64,000 nucleotides of DNA from IMG/VR virus record IMGVR_UViG_3300050014_000310, positions 1 through 64,000 of that record, one strand, 5' to 3'. The stretch is from a virus. Under the pieces are notes generated by a model that was given only the letters and a program-made list of their open reading frames with translations, ran no database searches and was not told where the DNA came from. The position numbers and the translations under genes were made by a program. Below are positions 54,832-64,000 of the stretch, in pieces (the stretch's first letter is position 1; each line of letters starts with the position of its first letter).

Positions 54832-55884
54832 TTACCAAACAATGATGACCTCTCCGGCTGTGCCTGCCGCGCCAGAACCCGCTCCATAGTAGCCGCCGCC
54901 GCCGCCGCCATAGCCCGAGGCAGCGCTAAACCCCTGTCCGTTTACTCCCCCAGCGCCTAGCATGGAACCGCCGCCGCTCCCGCCCATCTGCACCGACGAG
55001 TAGTAGCCTGGCCCCCCAGGTGCGCTAATAGAGGCCAGAGTCGTGCCGCCGGTGTTGCTTACTGTGCCGGGCGTCCCGCCAGCACCCATGTAGGGATAGG
55101 TCACCCCGCTTGCGCCGCCGCCGCCGCCAGTGGCATAGATCGCTACACCGTTGCCTACTATTGACGATGCCCCGCCCGTGCCGCCAGCGGATGAGCCCGA
55201 TCCATAAGCGCCGCCAGCGCCTACGGCAATCGCGTACTGTTGCCCTGGAGACACAGCGATGGATGTCAGTATCGATCCACCGCCGCCGCCGCCGCCGCCG
55301 CCCGTAGCAGCCCCGCCGCCGCCGCCGCCGACAATAGTAGCATAGATCTCATTTACTCCAGCAGGGACAGTGAATGTGCCTCCGGAAGTAAACGCTTGTG
55401 CCCCATGCCCCTGATTCGCCACCGTGCCGGCTGTATAATATCCGGTACCCCCAGCAGAGCCTGGAGATAAAGACGATATGGATCCCTCAGCAGGTAACGA
55501 CGCTGTGATCGTGCCCCCAGGGTTATACCCGGCAGGAACAGTGACTTGACCACCCTGGGTGGAAATCGTCGCTGCCGGGCTGGGGTTGTCAGGCATAGTG
55601 CCGATCACTAATACGCCGTTGACAAAAGCAGTAGTGCTGTTGGCGCCGCCTACATTTCTGATATTGGCTGCTGTGGCCGTAGCGCCGGCCGTATCGACGA
55701 CTGAGGCTTTACCATTGACCCCAAAAATGTTGATCCCAGACTTGATATTCCCTGTCACCAGATCGGGATCACCCAAAATAGTCAATATGGCATCGTACCG
55801 GCTGGGCGGCAGAACAATATTGACCGTCCCGGGCGTGATCGTGCGGCCTTTAAAACCTAACTGAACGCCATCCCTGATCATCAC
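54832..55884 (-). CDS. glycine-rich tail fibre protein
   Basis: GDPDLV.GNIKSG..IFGV.G; FTVPAGV...VGGGGGG. Confidence 0.75.
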   Translation of the reverse strand: MMIRDGVQLGFKGRTITPGTVNIVLPPSRYDAILTILGDPDLVTGNIKSGINIFGVNGKASVVDTAGATATAANIRNVGGANSTTAFVNGVLVIGTMPDNPSPAATISTQGGQVTVPAGYNPGGTITASLPAEGSISSLSPGSAGGTGYYTAGTVANQGHGAQAFTSGGTFTVPAGVNEIYATIVGGGGGGAATGGGGGGGGGSILTSIAVSPGQQYAIAVGAGGAYGSGSSAGGTGGASSIVGNGVAIYATGGGGGASGVTYPYMGAGGTPGTVSNTGGTTLASISAPGGPGYYSSVQMGGSGGGSMLGAGGVNGQGFSAASGYGGGGGGYYGAGSGAAGTAGEVIIVW

Positions 55885-55892
55885 GTCACCCC

Positions 55893-56255
55893 CTATTGGA
55901 CTTCCACTCCGGAGATTGTCACCGTGATCGCATTTGCTGTCCCCTGCAACCCCTGGATCATGTCTGCCGCCGATAGCATGGTGTCGAGGCCGCTGATAAC
56001 CTTGAAGTCGTTGGCCGCTATAGTCAATGTTCCGATAAACTGATTAGCCGCGGCGACTCCGTTGATACCTAGTGTGACAATCGCCGCCAGCCCGGTAGTG
56101 TTGCACAAAATAATCTCTTTGACAACCGCCGTAGCAGAAGGAGTAGTCACGTTTGAGTCGTAAGCAGGCGCCGTGTAGAGAGTAGATCCCCCTGTGCTGG
56201 GCTGCCCAATGTACATCCTCCTGGGGCTTGCAATTGCCGAGTTTAAATATGCCAA
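55893..56255 (-). CDS. virion structural protein
   Basis: TLYTAP...I.LCN...TISGVE. Confidence 0.65.
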   Translation of the reverse strand: MAYLNSAIASPRRMYIGQPSTGGSTLYTAPAYDSNVTTPSATAVVKEIILCNTTGLAAIVTLGINGVAAANQFIGTLTIAANDFKVISGLDTMLSAADMIQGLQGTANAITVTISGVEVQ

Positions 56256-56281
56256 GGGTGGTTCCTCCTATCTGATATGCT

Positions 56282-56581
56282 TTAGACCCAATATGTTGGG
56301 CTGGATATGCCCGCCGGTATGATCATGGATTGAATCGTCGCCGTCAGTGCCGCGGTTAAAGCAGATTCACTTGTATCCAGCGCAGATTGCCCCTGGGCGA
56401 CCATGATGTTGGCCAGAGCCTTAACCATGATTGTCGCCTGGTGGAACAGTTTATCGTGCATCTGCGGAGAAGCCATCCCGTTTGAAAGACCACCAGTAAC
56501 TGAAGAATCGGATTGATAGGTTGCATCGGATTCGGCGTTAATTAGGGATGGATTAAAAGTTACAAAATTGGTGCTGGCCAA
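56282..56581 (-). CDS. tail-fibre N-terminal-like protein
   Basis: G.AS....KLF.Q......ALA. Confidence 0.6.
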   Translation of the reverse strand: MASTNFVTFNPSLINAESDATYQSDSSVTGGLSNGMASPQMHDKLFHQATIMVKALANIMVAQGQSALDTSESALTAALTATIQSMIIPAGISSPTYWV

Positions 56582-56625
56582 TCAAAGCCCTCCTTCCTAA
56601 ATAAAAAGCACCCCTTTCAGAGATC

Positions 56626-58320
56626 CTAAGCAGGCTCGACCCAATAGCCCTGCCCATAGCCTTGGAATACCGCGTTTTCTTCCCCGTAAGCGAACACAGG
56701 ATTAACCGGGTAATAGTAAAGATATTGAACTCCTTCCGGCCTGGGGATGATGAACCCATTGGAAATTAGATTCTGCTGCAGCACCGAGCTTAACCCGATC
56801 ACCAAAACATCGCACGTCATATTCTGGTTGTCCGTCAAAATCAAATAAACCGAATCAGGGAACAGCGAAGCAAATAGCGAGTAGATGCCTGGCGTAGTGC
56901 CGTCCCACATGTTCTGCGCTATCCTTGCCTTTAAAACAAGTTGGTAGGTTGCGTCATCCAGAATTGGAGAGGTGGAAACGTAATAACTGGTGCTGCCATC
57001 AAACGGAAGCAAGAGCGTGGTAGCTGAGTCTACGACCTGCGCTACTCCCCCATTCACATACGCCTGGTGCTCCACCAGCGTCCTCGCCCTAGATGAAATG
57101 CGGAGATCGTCGATGATGCCGTTTACTCCGCTAGATCCACCTGCGTTTAACATCATAGATGCTGCTAGTATCCCTGCTGGTTCTACATAAGCTATGTCAG
57201 AACCTATCTGGACTCCATTGACGCACAAACGCATTACAGATCCATTTCCTGCTATCATGATCGCGTATGATTGTCCAACATTAAAAATTTGATTACTATG
57301 TATAACGATTGTGGCTCCGCTTGAAGCTACCTGTAAGAATATCTGCTTATTATCTGCAAATAGCCAATAGTAGTCACCACTATCATTCTGTAAAAGCCAT
57401 AAACCTTGTGATGCAATTGACAGAGTATCAGTTGGTATATAGATCGTCTCTACCGCCCAACTTCCCGGCGTAAACACGCCTGCCGTGGGGATGGTCAGGG
57501 ATTCAGTTGCGCGGGTGGTACTTCCAAGCGTCCAACTTGTAGCGTAGGCTTTCTGCTCAAACTGGAGGCCATCAATCCAGAAAGTAATTGCCTGTGCAGT
57601 TGAGGTAACTACCCCTATCCACATGCTCGATCCTGCGGCTGTTGTTGTCAAAGAATACCTCGTCCATATAGAGGTAAGAGTAATTGTATTACTATATAAT
57701 GCTGGACTTGTAGTGATTAGATCTACTGTTCCTGATCCCCTTACCCATACCGAAAAGGTATATGTATTCCCTGATATAGAGGCAGGGTTTATCATTGCCC
57801 CCTCTCGGCTATATGTGCCAGGAGTTACCACTTTTAAGCTATGGGAACCCTGCCACGCATAAGTATTATCTTGGGTAAGCGTTTCATCCCCATGATTGCC
57901 GGTAAATCCTGTTGTTCCGTTCTCTATATTGGATTGGTTTGCCGTTAAGAGGTTGACCGTAGTCTCCTCGAACATGATCCCCTGATTAAACATAGCCGCA
58001 TCATACCGGGGCACACCTGACAGAACCTGTGCGCCAGTCAGGTAATCGTAGGCAACGGATGCCCTGGTAAATGTGCCCGAGACAGGCCCGAACGCGTCTG
58101 TGGGCTGAAAATTCACTACCCGTGAGACGCCTAGGATTTGTCCCAGAATATCAAGTTGCGCCCCCACGGCCTGGTCGATGTCGAAGGCATCATTCAGGCC
58201 TGCGGCGCAGGTTGTGGTGTCGTCAGCGTGGCTGAGCATTGAACTGACAGTGGCCATGAAGTTGGGCTTAGGGCGATGTTGACTGGTTATCAGATTGAGA
58301 TATTGGGTAATATTGGACAA
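56626..58320 (-). CDS. DUF2612 baseplate protein with inserted CBM-like and LamG-like domains
   Basis: LITSQHR.KP.F, FDID.AVG.QLD.LG, LKARI..N.WDGT, DNQNM, P.PEGV. Confidence 0.82.
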   Translation of the reverse strand: MSNITQYLNLITSQHRPKPNFMATVSSMLSHADDTTTCAAGLNDAFDIDQAVGAQLDILGQILGVSRVVNFQPTDAFGPVSGTFTRASVAYDYLTGAQVLSGVPRYDAAMFNQGIMFEETTVNLLTANQSNIENGTTGFTGNHGDETLTQDNTYAWQGSHSLKVVTPGTYSREGAMINPASISGNTYTFSVWVRGSGTVDLITTSPALYSNTITLTSIWTRYSLTTTAAGSSMWIGVVTSTAQAITFWIDGLQFEQKAYATSWTLGSTTRATESLTIPTAGVFTPGSWAVETIYIPTDTLSIASQGLWLLQNDSGDYYWLFADNKQIFLQVASSGATIVIHSNQIFNVGQSYAIMIAGNGSVMRLCVNGVQIGSDIAYVEPAGILAASMMLNAGGSSGVNGIIDDLRISSRARTLVEHQAYVNGGVAQVVDSATTLLLPFDGSTSYYVSTSPILDDATYQLVLKARIAQNMWDGTTPGIYSLFASLFPDSVYLILTDNQNMTCDVLVIGLSSVLQQNLISNGFIIPRPEGVQYLYYYPVNPVFAYGEENAVFQGYGQGYWVEPA

Positions 58321-58332
58321 ATGAAATCACCC

Positions 58333-59763
58333 CTATGTGTAAATAAACTGATCCGCGCTACTCACCGGCGATGTCCCGGCCACGTTAATCACCGTCACAT
58401 CGACCGTCCCCGCTGAAACAGCCGGCGAGACGCAGGTGATCTGCGTATCGGAAACCACCACCACAGAAGTCGCGCTGGCGCTCCCAAACTTAACCGCAGA
58501 AGCCCCGGTAAACCCGGCCCCTGTCAAAGTTACCGCGGTCCCCCCGGTATGCGATCCCGTAACAGGTGACACCCCAGTTACCATCGGGGTAATTATGATA
58601 TACAAAAGGTTCCCCTGGGTGACCTGATTGAAGGCCATTACGATCACCGCAGTCCCCTGGGATCCCCCATGCAGGGCATCAGTAACCGTGCTTACCGCGA
58701 ACAAGGGACTGGTAATCGACCCACACTGACCCATCGCCGTCGCCCATATTGCGGAGTTCTGCAGACTCTTTCCAATGGCGATACTGTTCAGATAGTTGTA
58801 AACAGCGGTCCGGATATTCGCCAGCGTCTGCGTCGTATACCCGGTTAACTGCGTGATCGGGATCACCACATCGATGGCCTCGTAGGTCGGCAGGAAGAAA
58901 TAGATCGTGGTTGTCTGCCCGTACTGGTCTATGATGCCAAATGAAGAAGTCCCCCACGTCCCGCAACCCGGCCCCTTATTGTCGCATATAGCCTGGGCAA
59001 TATTTGCTGGTGTAGCAGTGCCGTCCACAACCGCATAGATACAGTGTGAAGGCGCTCCGTTGGCATCTGCTGAAGATGTGAAATTCTCGTAGACAACGAA
59101 GCGGGTTACGCCGATTACTGAGGCAATGGCAGCTTTCGTCTGGTCTAGCAAAGTCGTGTTGCTCTCTGCCGTACTGATTGCTTGCCTAGCTTTCAACGCT
59201 GAATCAGATTCCTGCGATTGCCCTATCTGGGATGCGGAAACGGCGTTAGGATTTGTCACGCTAGACCACCCATAGGTTGGAGTGGCCATGATTGAAATTG
59301 CCCCCGGATTGGCTGCGATGGGGCCCAAGGTGGTGCAGGTAGCCGTGACGGTCACTGTCCCCCCGGTACCGATTACCGTAGCGGGGATTGACCACTGGTA
59401 GCCGGATGTGTCCTGGGCAATGCAGTTGGTCAGCGGGGTTCCTGTGATGCCGGCGCAAATCACTGGGCAGATTGAGTAGGTGGATGATTCCCTGGCGATG
59501 CCGTTTAGCTTGATGATGGAGTCCAGGCCAGAGCCTACGGCGGTGCCGGGGCCGCGGGAGTTGTAAACCTGGACCAGGAGTTGATTGGTATCGTTGATCT
59601 TTGAGGCAAAGGATGAAAGCATTTGGTAGTCCTGGCTTGAGGGTGCCAAGTAGATGTCCTGGCCGTAAATACTCTGCATGTCGGAGACAAGATCGGCGAT
59701 GATATCGGCGAATAGGGGAATGTGGCACCCCGTGGAATCGATGCTAGGCGGTACGTAGCTCAT
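58333..59763 (-). CDS. baseplate J/gp47-like protein with C-terminal IPT/TIG domain
   Basis: G.IAA.PG.I....TP..GW..VTNP, ESD..L..R, YEN.T; GGT.VT.TG.GF....VKFG. Confidence 0.88.
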   Translation of the reverse strand: MSYVPPSIDSTGCHIPLFADIIADLVSDMQSIYGQDIYLAPSSQDYQMLSSFASKINDTNQLLVQVYNSRGPGTAVGSGLDSIIKLNGIARESSTYSICPVICAGITGTPLTNCIAQDTSGYQWSIPATVIGTGGTVTVTATCTTLGPIAANPGAISIMATPTYGWSSVTNPNAVSASQIGQSQESDSALKARQAISTAESNTTLLDQTKAAIASVIGVTRFVVYENFTSSADANGAPSHCIYAVVDGTATPANIAQAICDNKGPGCGTWGTSSFGIIDQYGQTTTIYFFLPTYEAIDVVIPITQLTGYTTQTLANIRTAVYNYLNSIAIGKSLQNSAIWATAMGQCGSITSPLFAVSTVTDALHGGSQGTAVIVMAFNQVTQGNLLYIIITPMVTGVSPVTGSHTGGTAVTLTGAGFTGASAVKFGSASATSVVVVSDTQITCVSPAVSAGTVDVTVINVAGTSPVSSADQFIYT

Positions 59764-59779
59764 ATGGATCACCTCCTTT

Positions 59780-61010
59780 AGCGGCAAGGAAGCCCACGCC
59801 TTCAGCCGTGGGATGAATTGCCGTATCCTTGCCGTATTCTTTCGTATGTGATATAATTAACCTATGAAAACCGCTAAAGCCGTCAAGTGCAAGCTCCAAG
59901 TTAATACCGAAGAAGCAACTATCCTGGCGGAAACACTGTGCAGATTCGCTTCCGCTTGCAACGACATCCTGCAAGTTTCTCAGGATAACCACACCACCAA
60001 CAAGGTCAATCTCCAGCACCTCTGCTACTATGATCTCAGAGAGCGATATAACCTGAACGCCAACCTGGTCATTCGTGCCATCGCCCGTGTCGCCGCGGCC
60101 AGCAAAGAGAAGCGCAAACTGAGCAAGCCCCGGAAATTCAACCCCACAAGTATGAACCTGGACGCCAGGACGTTTGCCTTCGTGGAGAAGCGGGAGGAAA
60201 TAACCGTCTCCACCATTGGCGGCAGGCTCAAGCTTAAACTTGACATTGGTAACTTCCAACGCGGACTCCTTATTAACCAGAAGCCCACTTCGGCTGTCCT
60301 CTTCTACCACAAGCAGAAGAAGGCGTTTTACATCAACATGGTCATCAACCGGGATGTCCCTTTTCCCCCCAACAACGGAAGGGTGGTCGGTATCGACCGG
60401 GGCATCTACAACCTCGCTACTACATCCACCGACTTGAAGTTCTCTGGCCGTCAGGCCATGCACATGAGAAAACACTATTCCAAACTGCGGCAGTCTCTGC
60501 AAAAGAAAGGCACAAAAGGGGCAAAATGCCTCCTGAAACGGCTGTCTGGCAAAGAGCAGAGAGTTATGCGCGATATCAACCACAAGATCAGTAAGGCGAT
60601 TGTCCAGTCCTGCAAACCCGGAGATACCTTGGTCATGGAAGATTTGAAATACATCCGCGACCGCATCCGGGTAGCAAGGAAACAGAGGCAGATCCAGCAC
60701 TCCTGGGCGTTCGGTGAACTCGGTGATTTCATCGAGTATAAGACTACAGAGAGAGGGATCAACGTGGTCTATGTCGATCCCCACTACACCAGCCAGCGAT
60801 GCCCTGTCTGCGGACATGTTTCCCGGAATAATCGTCATAAACACCTCTTTAAATGCGTCTCCTGTGGCCATACCGCTAATGCTGACCTCAATGCTTGCCG
60901 CAATATTCGTCAGGTACACTTGGATACGCTGGCGGATGGGCTGTTGTCAACCAGCCCCGAAGCAGACGATTTGATCTGCAAGCCCCTTGCTTCATCTGTG
61001 GGCAGTTGAC
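59780..61010 (+). mobile_element. non-autonomous IS200/IS605-family element (tnpB only)
   Basis: Left hairpin CCCACG-CCTTCAGC-CGTGGG; right end AAGCCCC...GTGGGCAGTTGAC; no tnpA; exact left junction ambiguous. Confidence 0.85.
59864..61009 (+). CDS. tnpB: TnpB RNA-guided endonuclease
   Basis: GIDRG, VMEDL, YTSQRCPVCG, CVSCG, NADLNA; TTGCCG-N17-TATAAT just upstream (leaderless). Confidence 0.95.
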   Translation: MKTAKAVKCKLQVNTEEATILAETLCRFASACNDILQVSQDNHTTNKVNLQHLCYYDLRERYNLNANLVIRAIARVAAASKEKRKLSKPRKFNPTSMNLDARTFAFVEKREEITVSTIGGRLKLKLDIGNFQRGLLINQKPTSAVLFYHKQKKAFYINMVINRDVPFPPNNGRVVGIDRGIYNLATTSTDLKFSGRQAMHMRKHYSKLRQSLQKKGTKGAKCLLKRLSGKEQRVMRDINHKISKAIVQSCKPGDTLVMEDLKYIRDRIRVARKQRQIQHSWAFGELGDFIEYKTTERGINVVYVDPHYTSQRCPVCGHVSRNNRHKHLFKCVSCGHTANADLNACRNIRQVHLDTLADGLLSTSPEADDLICKPLASSVGS

Positions 61011-61016
61011 CTCCCA

Positions 61017-61379
61017 CTAGAACGATATATTTGTAAGCGTGACAGCTCCATAAGCGGTGTTAACAACGCAATTGCCGATGGAATATTGCCGGGTTGGGGG
61101 GCTATATGTGCTACTGAAAGACGAAATCGACGAGACATCCTGAGTGCTCAGAATCTGATTGCGTATAAGCATATCAACGGATTCCTTGGTGACACCAGGC
61201 TTGCCAAGAATCGACTGGAAGGCAGGTAACCCTATTGATGTGTTCTCCCACCATTCGCCGGCCAAAAGCTTTAAATTAGTAAGGATTGCTTGCCCGATAG
61301 CATCTGTGCCTTGCAGGAAATCTTGTGCCCCTTGGCCAAAACTGTAGTCGCCATTCTGGTCTAATTGACGGTATATCAT
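61017..61379 (-). CDS. baseplate wedge gp46/W-like protein
   Basis: YR.LD.NGDYSFG, L.L..GEWW.N...G.P. Confidence 0.8.
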   Translation of the reverse strand: MIYRQLDQNGDYSFGQGAQDFLQGTDAIGQAILTNLKLLAGEWWENTSIGLPAFQSILGKPGVTKESVDMLIRNQILSTQDVSSISSFSSTYSPPTRQYSIGNCVVNTAYGAVTLTNISF

Positions 61380-61990
61380 AGCGCTCCCCCCGTATTCCCA
61401 CCACCGGCCGGCGCCAGATGATAATGTGGAGCGAATGCCACCCCATCCACGGTCAGGCCCCCGGTAATGTTCACCCCGGATGCAGATAATGAAAGCTTAA
61501 CCGTGCCGGCTTCGTTGCGAAGTTCGACGGCCGACATATTGTAATTGCCTATAGGATTGTGCTGCGATGTAATGCCCACTTTGGCAACTGCATCAGATAT
61601 GTCATGGCGCCGCTGCTCCATGGGATTCTGCACGCCACCGTTAGACCACCAGGCATCGATACAGGAATCGCAGAAAGAAAGCTCGCATTCGTCACCCGGA
61701 TTGATGGGAAACGTAAGGAGAAAACCACCACCCCGCGGCCACTGCACTGGCACATCCACTAGGAGAGGGAGATTCACGTAAGAAAAGGTTCCATATTGAT
61801 CCTTGACGCGCTCTCTGATTGCTGGTTGAACGGTGACTGTCTGCTCGCCTGGGGTAGGATTAAAAGATTGAATTATGCCGATGCAAGCCACACGTATGTC
61901 ATTCGAGATATTGTCGCTCATTTTGTCGTAAAACGTGCTCGGATTCTTGTCATTTGTGACTCTCTCACTAATAGGCTGAACGATAATCAC
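61376..61990 (-). CDS. Gp138-like baseplate spike protein
   Basis: TVQP.I, P.LVDVP..PRGGG, GDEC...F.D..ID.W, R.HD.SD, HYH. Confidence 0.85.
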   Translation of the reverse strand: MIIVQPISERVTNDKNPSTFYDKMSDNISNDIRVACIGIIQSFNPTPGEQTVTVQPAIRERVKDQYGTFSYVNLPLLVDVPVQWPRGGGFLLTFPINPGDECELSFCDSCIDAWWSNGGVQNPMEQRRHDISDAVAKVGITSQHNPIGNYNMSAVELRNEAGTVKLSLSASGVNITGGLTVDGVAFAPHYHLAPAGGGNTGGAL

Positions 61991-62044
61991 CCCCAAATAA
62001 AAAAGCACCCCGAAAGGCGCTAATATTTGATTTGATTTTAGTCG

Positions 62045-63556
62045 TTAGTATGGACTTTGCGCGCTACTTGTGATCATCGAAGGCTGAACCCCTGCTTGAG
62101 TGCATGTTTCTACGGTCGTGTACCATGCTTGACCGCGCGAGTCTGCTTCAATATTGTATTGGATTACGCGATATAACCCCGACTGATCAAGCTGGTAGAT
62201 CGCGGAACCCTGATTGTATTCTTGATTTGCAATCAAACTATTGTCCACATGCACTATACTACCTATCTTAATTGCAGGATTCAGCAACATTTTGATGGTT
62301 GCCCCATAATTGTTCTGCGCTGGCACCCCGATCAATCCGGTATTCGGCGTAAGATCGACAACCTCGTCTGTCGGCAGATCAGTCATCTTAATGAAATTAA
62401 CCTGCCCATTCTCCAGATAGTAAGCAGCATTCTCACTTTGAGCAAGTTGCCTCAAGTATTTGTTTGCTTTGCCGAAATACGACTTGCCACGGGTCAACTG
62501 CGTCTGGGAGAAGTCAGAAGTAAGCTTCCCTAACTGAGTCGGAACCGAATTAGCAGAAGCTATGTAACCGATCTGCGACCGGGCATTCTGCCCCCTGGTT
62601 AATGTGCCGATCAGAGCGCCGTAGGTCTGAAATTGCTGGGCATTCATGCAAACTAAGGTTAAAGTGTAAGTTGCTGCATCGGGCTTATCTCGAAGGCATT
62701 GCACGATCTCACCCTGGTAAATTTGACCATATTGAGTTCCAATGTATCCGGCCTCAATTATTATGGTATAGCCTTCCTGGATAATCGTATTTTCTGTTTC
62801 TGGCGATAAATTGTAAATTTTGACCGTTGACCATTGCGGAGCGGTGATCATTGTCACAGTTAGAGAAAATTGGCAATGAAGCTGGCTTACGTCCAGGGCA
62901 GTTGTCGGGGTCAGGGGATTCACCAAACTTTGCCCCTGGGTAGCCGTATCCTCGCCTGCCACGCCTGTGATCGGAACACCGCCTATTGTGCCTGTTATGA
63001 ACGGGTTTGGATCTCCCTGTCTTGTTACCAGGATTCTGTATCTGCGGCCATATAAAACGTTGCCCTGCGCCTGTGTGCCAGCGACAACTTCAAAATTTGT
63101 GGCCGGGATTATAAGGTTCGAATATGGACTCGCGAAGGCAGTTGGACTAGTGGGACTTGAAATCCCTGTCAGCGGGACCCCTGAAAGAGCATTATGGGCA
63201 TCCGTCGTATAGTTCAGGTATGCCCCGGAATTATATGTTGACCAGGCTCGGAAGCCTTGCCGATTATAGATTGCCAAGGCAACTTGGGCATTGTTTGCCG
63301 GAACGAATAGCCACTGCTCCCAAGTATCGGGGCTAGTCGATCCTGTAAACTGAATCAACAGATCAGAGTTCGCATTATGTATCTGCCACAATCCCCAGCT
63401 TGTAGCGCCATCCCCACTAGTAGGGCCACCTAGACCGAAATCCCCCGGGCAATTATTGACCCAGGATGATTCAGCACCGGCGATGGCGACCATTGTAGAT
63501 ATAATAGACGAGGGAAAGGTTGCTGCCGCGGCTGTAGCTGCATCTTGGATCGACAT
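62045..63556 (-). CDS. baseplate hub with N-terminal lytic-transglycosylase-like domain
   Basis: AIA.AES, S.GLWQI, NA..A..IY..QG..AWSTY; IYNLS, EAGY, GLIG.P, DSRG..WY. Confidence 0.8.
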   Translation of the reverse strand: MSIQDAATAAAATFPSSIISTMVAIAGAESSWVNNCPGDFGLGGPTSGDGATSWGLWQIHNANSDLLIQFTGSTSPDTWEQWLFVPANNAQVALAIYNRQGFRAWSTYNSGAYLNYTTDAHNALSGVPLTGISSPTSPTAFASPYSNLIIPATNFEVVAGTQAQGNVLYGRRYRILVTRQGDPNPFITGTIGGVPITGVAGEDTATQGQSLVNPLTPTTALDVSQLHCQFSLTVTMITAPQWSTVKIYNLSPETENTIIQEGYTIIIEAGYIGTQYGQIYQGEIVQCLRDKPDAATYTLTLVCMNAQQFQTYGALIGTLTRGQNARSQIGYIASANSVPTQLGKLTSDFSQTQLTRGKSYFGKANKYLRQLAQSENAAYYLENGQVNFIKMTDLPTDEVVDLTPNTGLIGVPAQNNYGATIKMLLNPAIKIGSIVHVDNSLIANQEYNQGSAIYQLDQSGLYRVIQYNIEADSRGQAWYTTVETCTQAGVQPSMITSSAQSPY

Positions 63557-63568
63557 GGGAAATCACCT

Positions 63569-63934
63569 CTACGTAAGCGAGTCGCCCCAAACCAAAATGA
63601 ATTCTTGACCTAATACCCCTGCCTGGTCGTTTGGCGAATCTAGCATCGAATTGCCAACATTCATGATAAAGCACGATCCAATGCCGAGATATTGGTATTG
63701 CCCTAAAAGATCCTGCGCGGGTGGTTGCCCACAGAGTAAAGGTATAGAGTCAAGGATCATGTTATTTGATTGATCAAGAATAGTCATGACCCAGTATTGT
63801 GCTTGTTGATTATATGAAAACTTGAGATTAAGGGTAATATTAGAACCGTTGATCGAAATCGTAGCTGTTAAACTTTGATTTGGCAAACTGCTTAAAGGAA
63901 TCACTGAATAAGTTGCCGTAAGATCATCCCCCAA
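63569..63934 (-). CDS. baseplate plug-like protein
   Basis: IPL...PNQ, YN....YW.M.I, IPL..G...DLL.QY.YLGIG. Confidence 0.7.
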   Translation of the reverse strand: MGDDLTATYSVIPLSSLPNQSLTATISINGSNITLNLKFSYNQQAQYWVMTILDQSNNMILDSIPLLCGQPPAQDLLGQYQYLGIGSCFIMNVGNSMLDSPNDQAGVLGQEFILVWGDSLT

Positions 63935-63937
63935 AAT

Positions 63938-63961
63938 AAAAAGAAGCCCCGAAAGGCTTCT
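63938..63961 (-). terminator. intrinsic terminator-like hairpin
   Basis: GAAGCC-TTTCGG-GGCTTC-TTTTT on the minus strand; similar hairpins at about 62000-62020 and 56603-56625. Confidence 0.6.
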
Positions 63962-64000
63962 AAATATTCATTTTTATTTACTTTTAAGATTTATTGAATT

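Noticed and set aside
54832-55340. GCC triplet runs as a DNA repeat element
   Set aside because: They encode poly-Gly tracts of the tail fibre
59744-60919. 391-aa minus-strand ORF
   Set aside because: Antisense shadow of tnpB with no recognisable motifs
59780-61010. IStron (group I intron plus IS)
   Set aside because: Only about 85 nt precede tnpB and the insertion is intergenic, leaving no room for an intron core
1-64000. CRISPR array, DGR or retron
   Set aside because: No regularly spaced repeat-spacer array and no reverse transcriptase motifs seen; the 5839/6545 duplicate differs at all base types, unlike a DGR TR/VR pair

Overview
This is a 64-kb piece of a temperate myovirus-like phage, probably infecting a spore-forming Bacillota host (inferred from SigA/SD motifs, ImmA, a Spo0E-like gene and Spo0A boxes). 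It appears to be in excised or free form: one att core (3' half of tRNA-Thr(GGT)) with arm-type repeats has phage genes on both sides. 1-38.9 kb is a long minus-strand early operon. It holds a DNA-modification island (two m6A MTases, an XF1762-like protein, a frameshifted PAPS-reductase-like gene, and a C5 MTase with an intein and 8 tandem repeats), an HD hydrolase and an SF2 helicase with inteins, beta clamp, thymidylate synthase and kinase, split SbcCD, DinG, a tRNA-like RNA, Rha, Xis and Cro. 39-41.4 kb is cI-ImmA-integrase-attP. 42.6-49.3 kb is a self-contained operon with SNF2 helicase, IbrA-like PAPS reductase and IbrB/ParB. 49.4-54.8 kb is the lysis region, including a GIY-YIG gene with a structured leader. 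54.8-64 kb is tail fibre and baseplate genes, interrupted by a solo tnpB element. Best candidates for new biology: the SNF2-IbrA-IbrB operon, the repeat-array C5 MTase, the double-T-loop tRNA mimic, and possible sporulation-coupled lysogeny control. All family calls come from motifs recognised by eye; no database searches were run.
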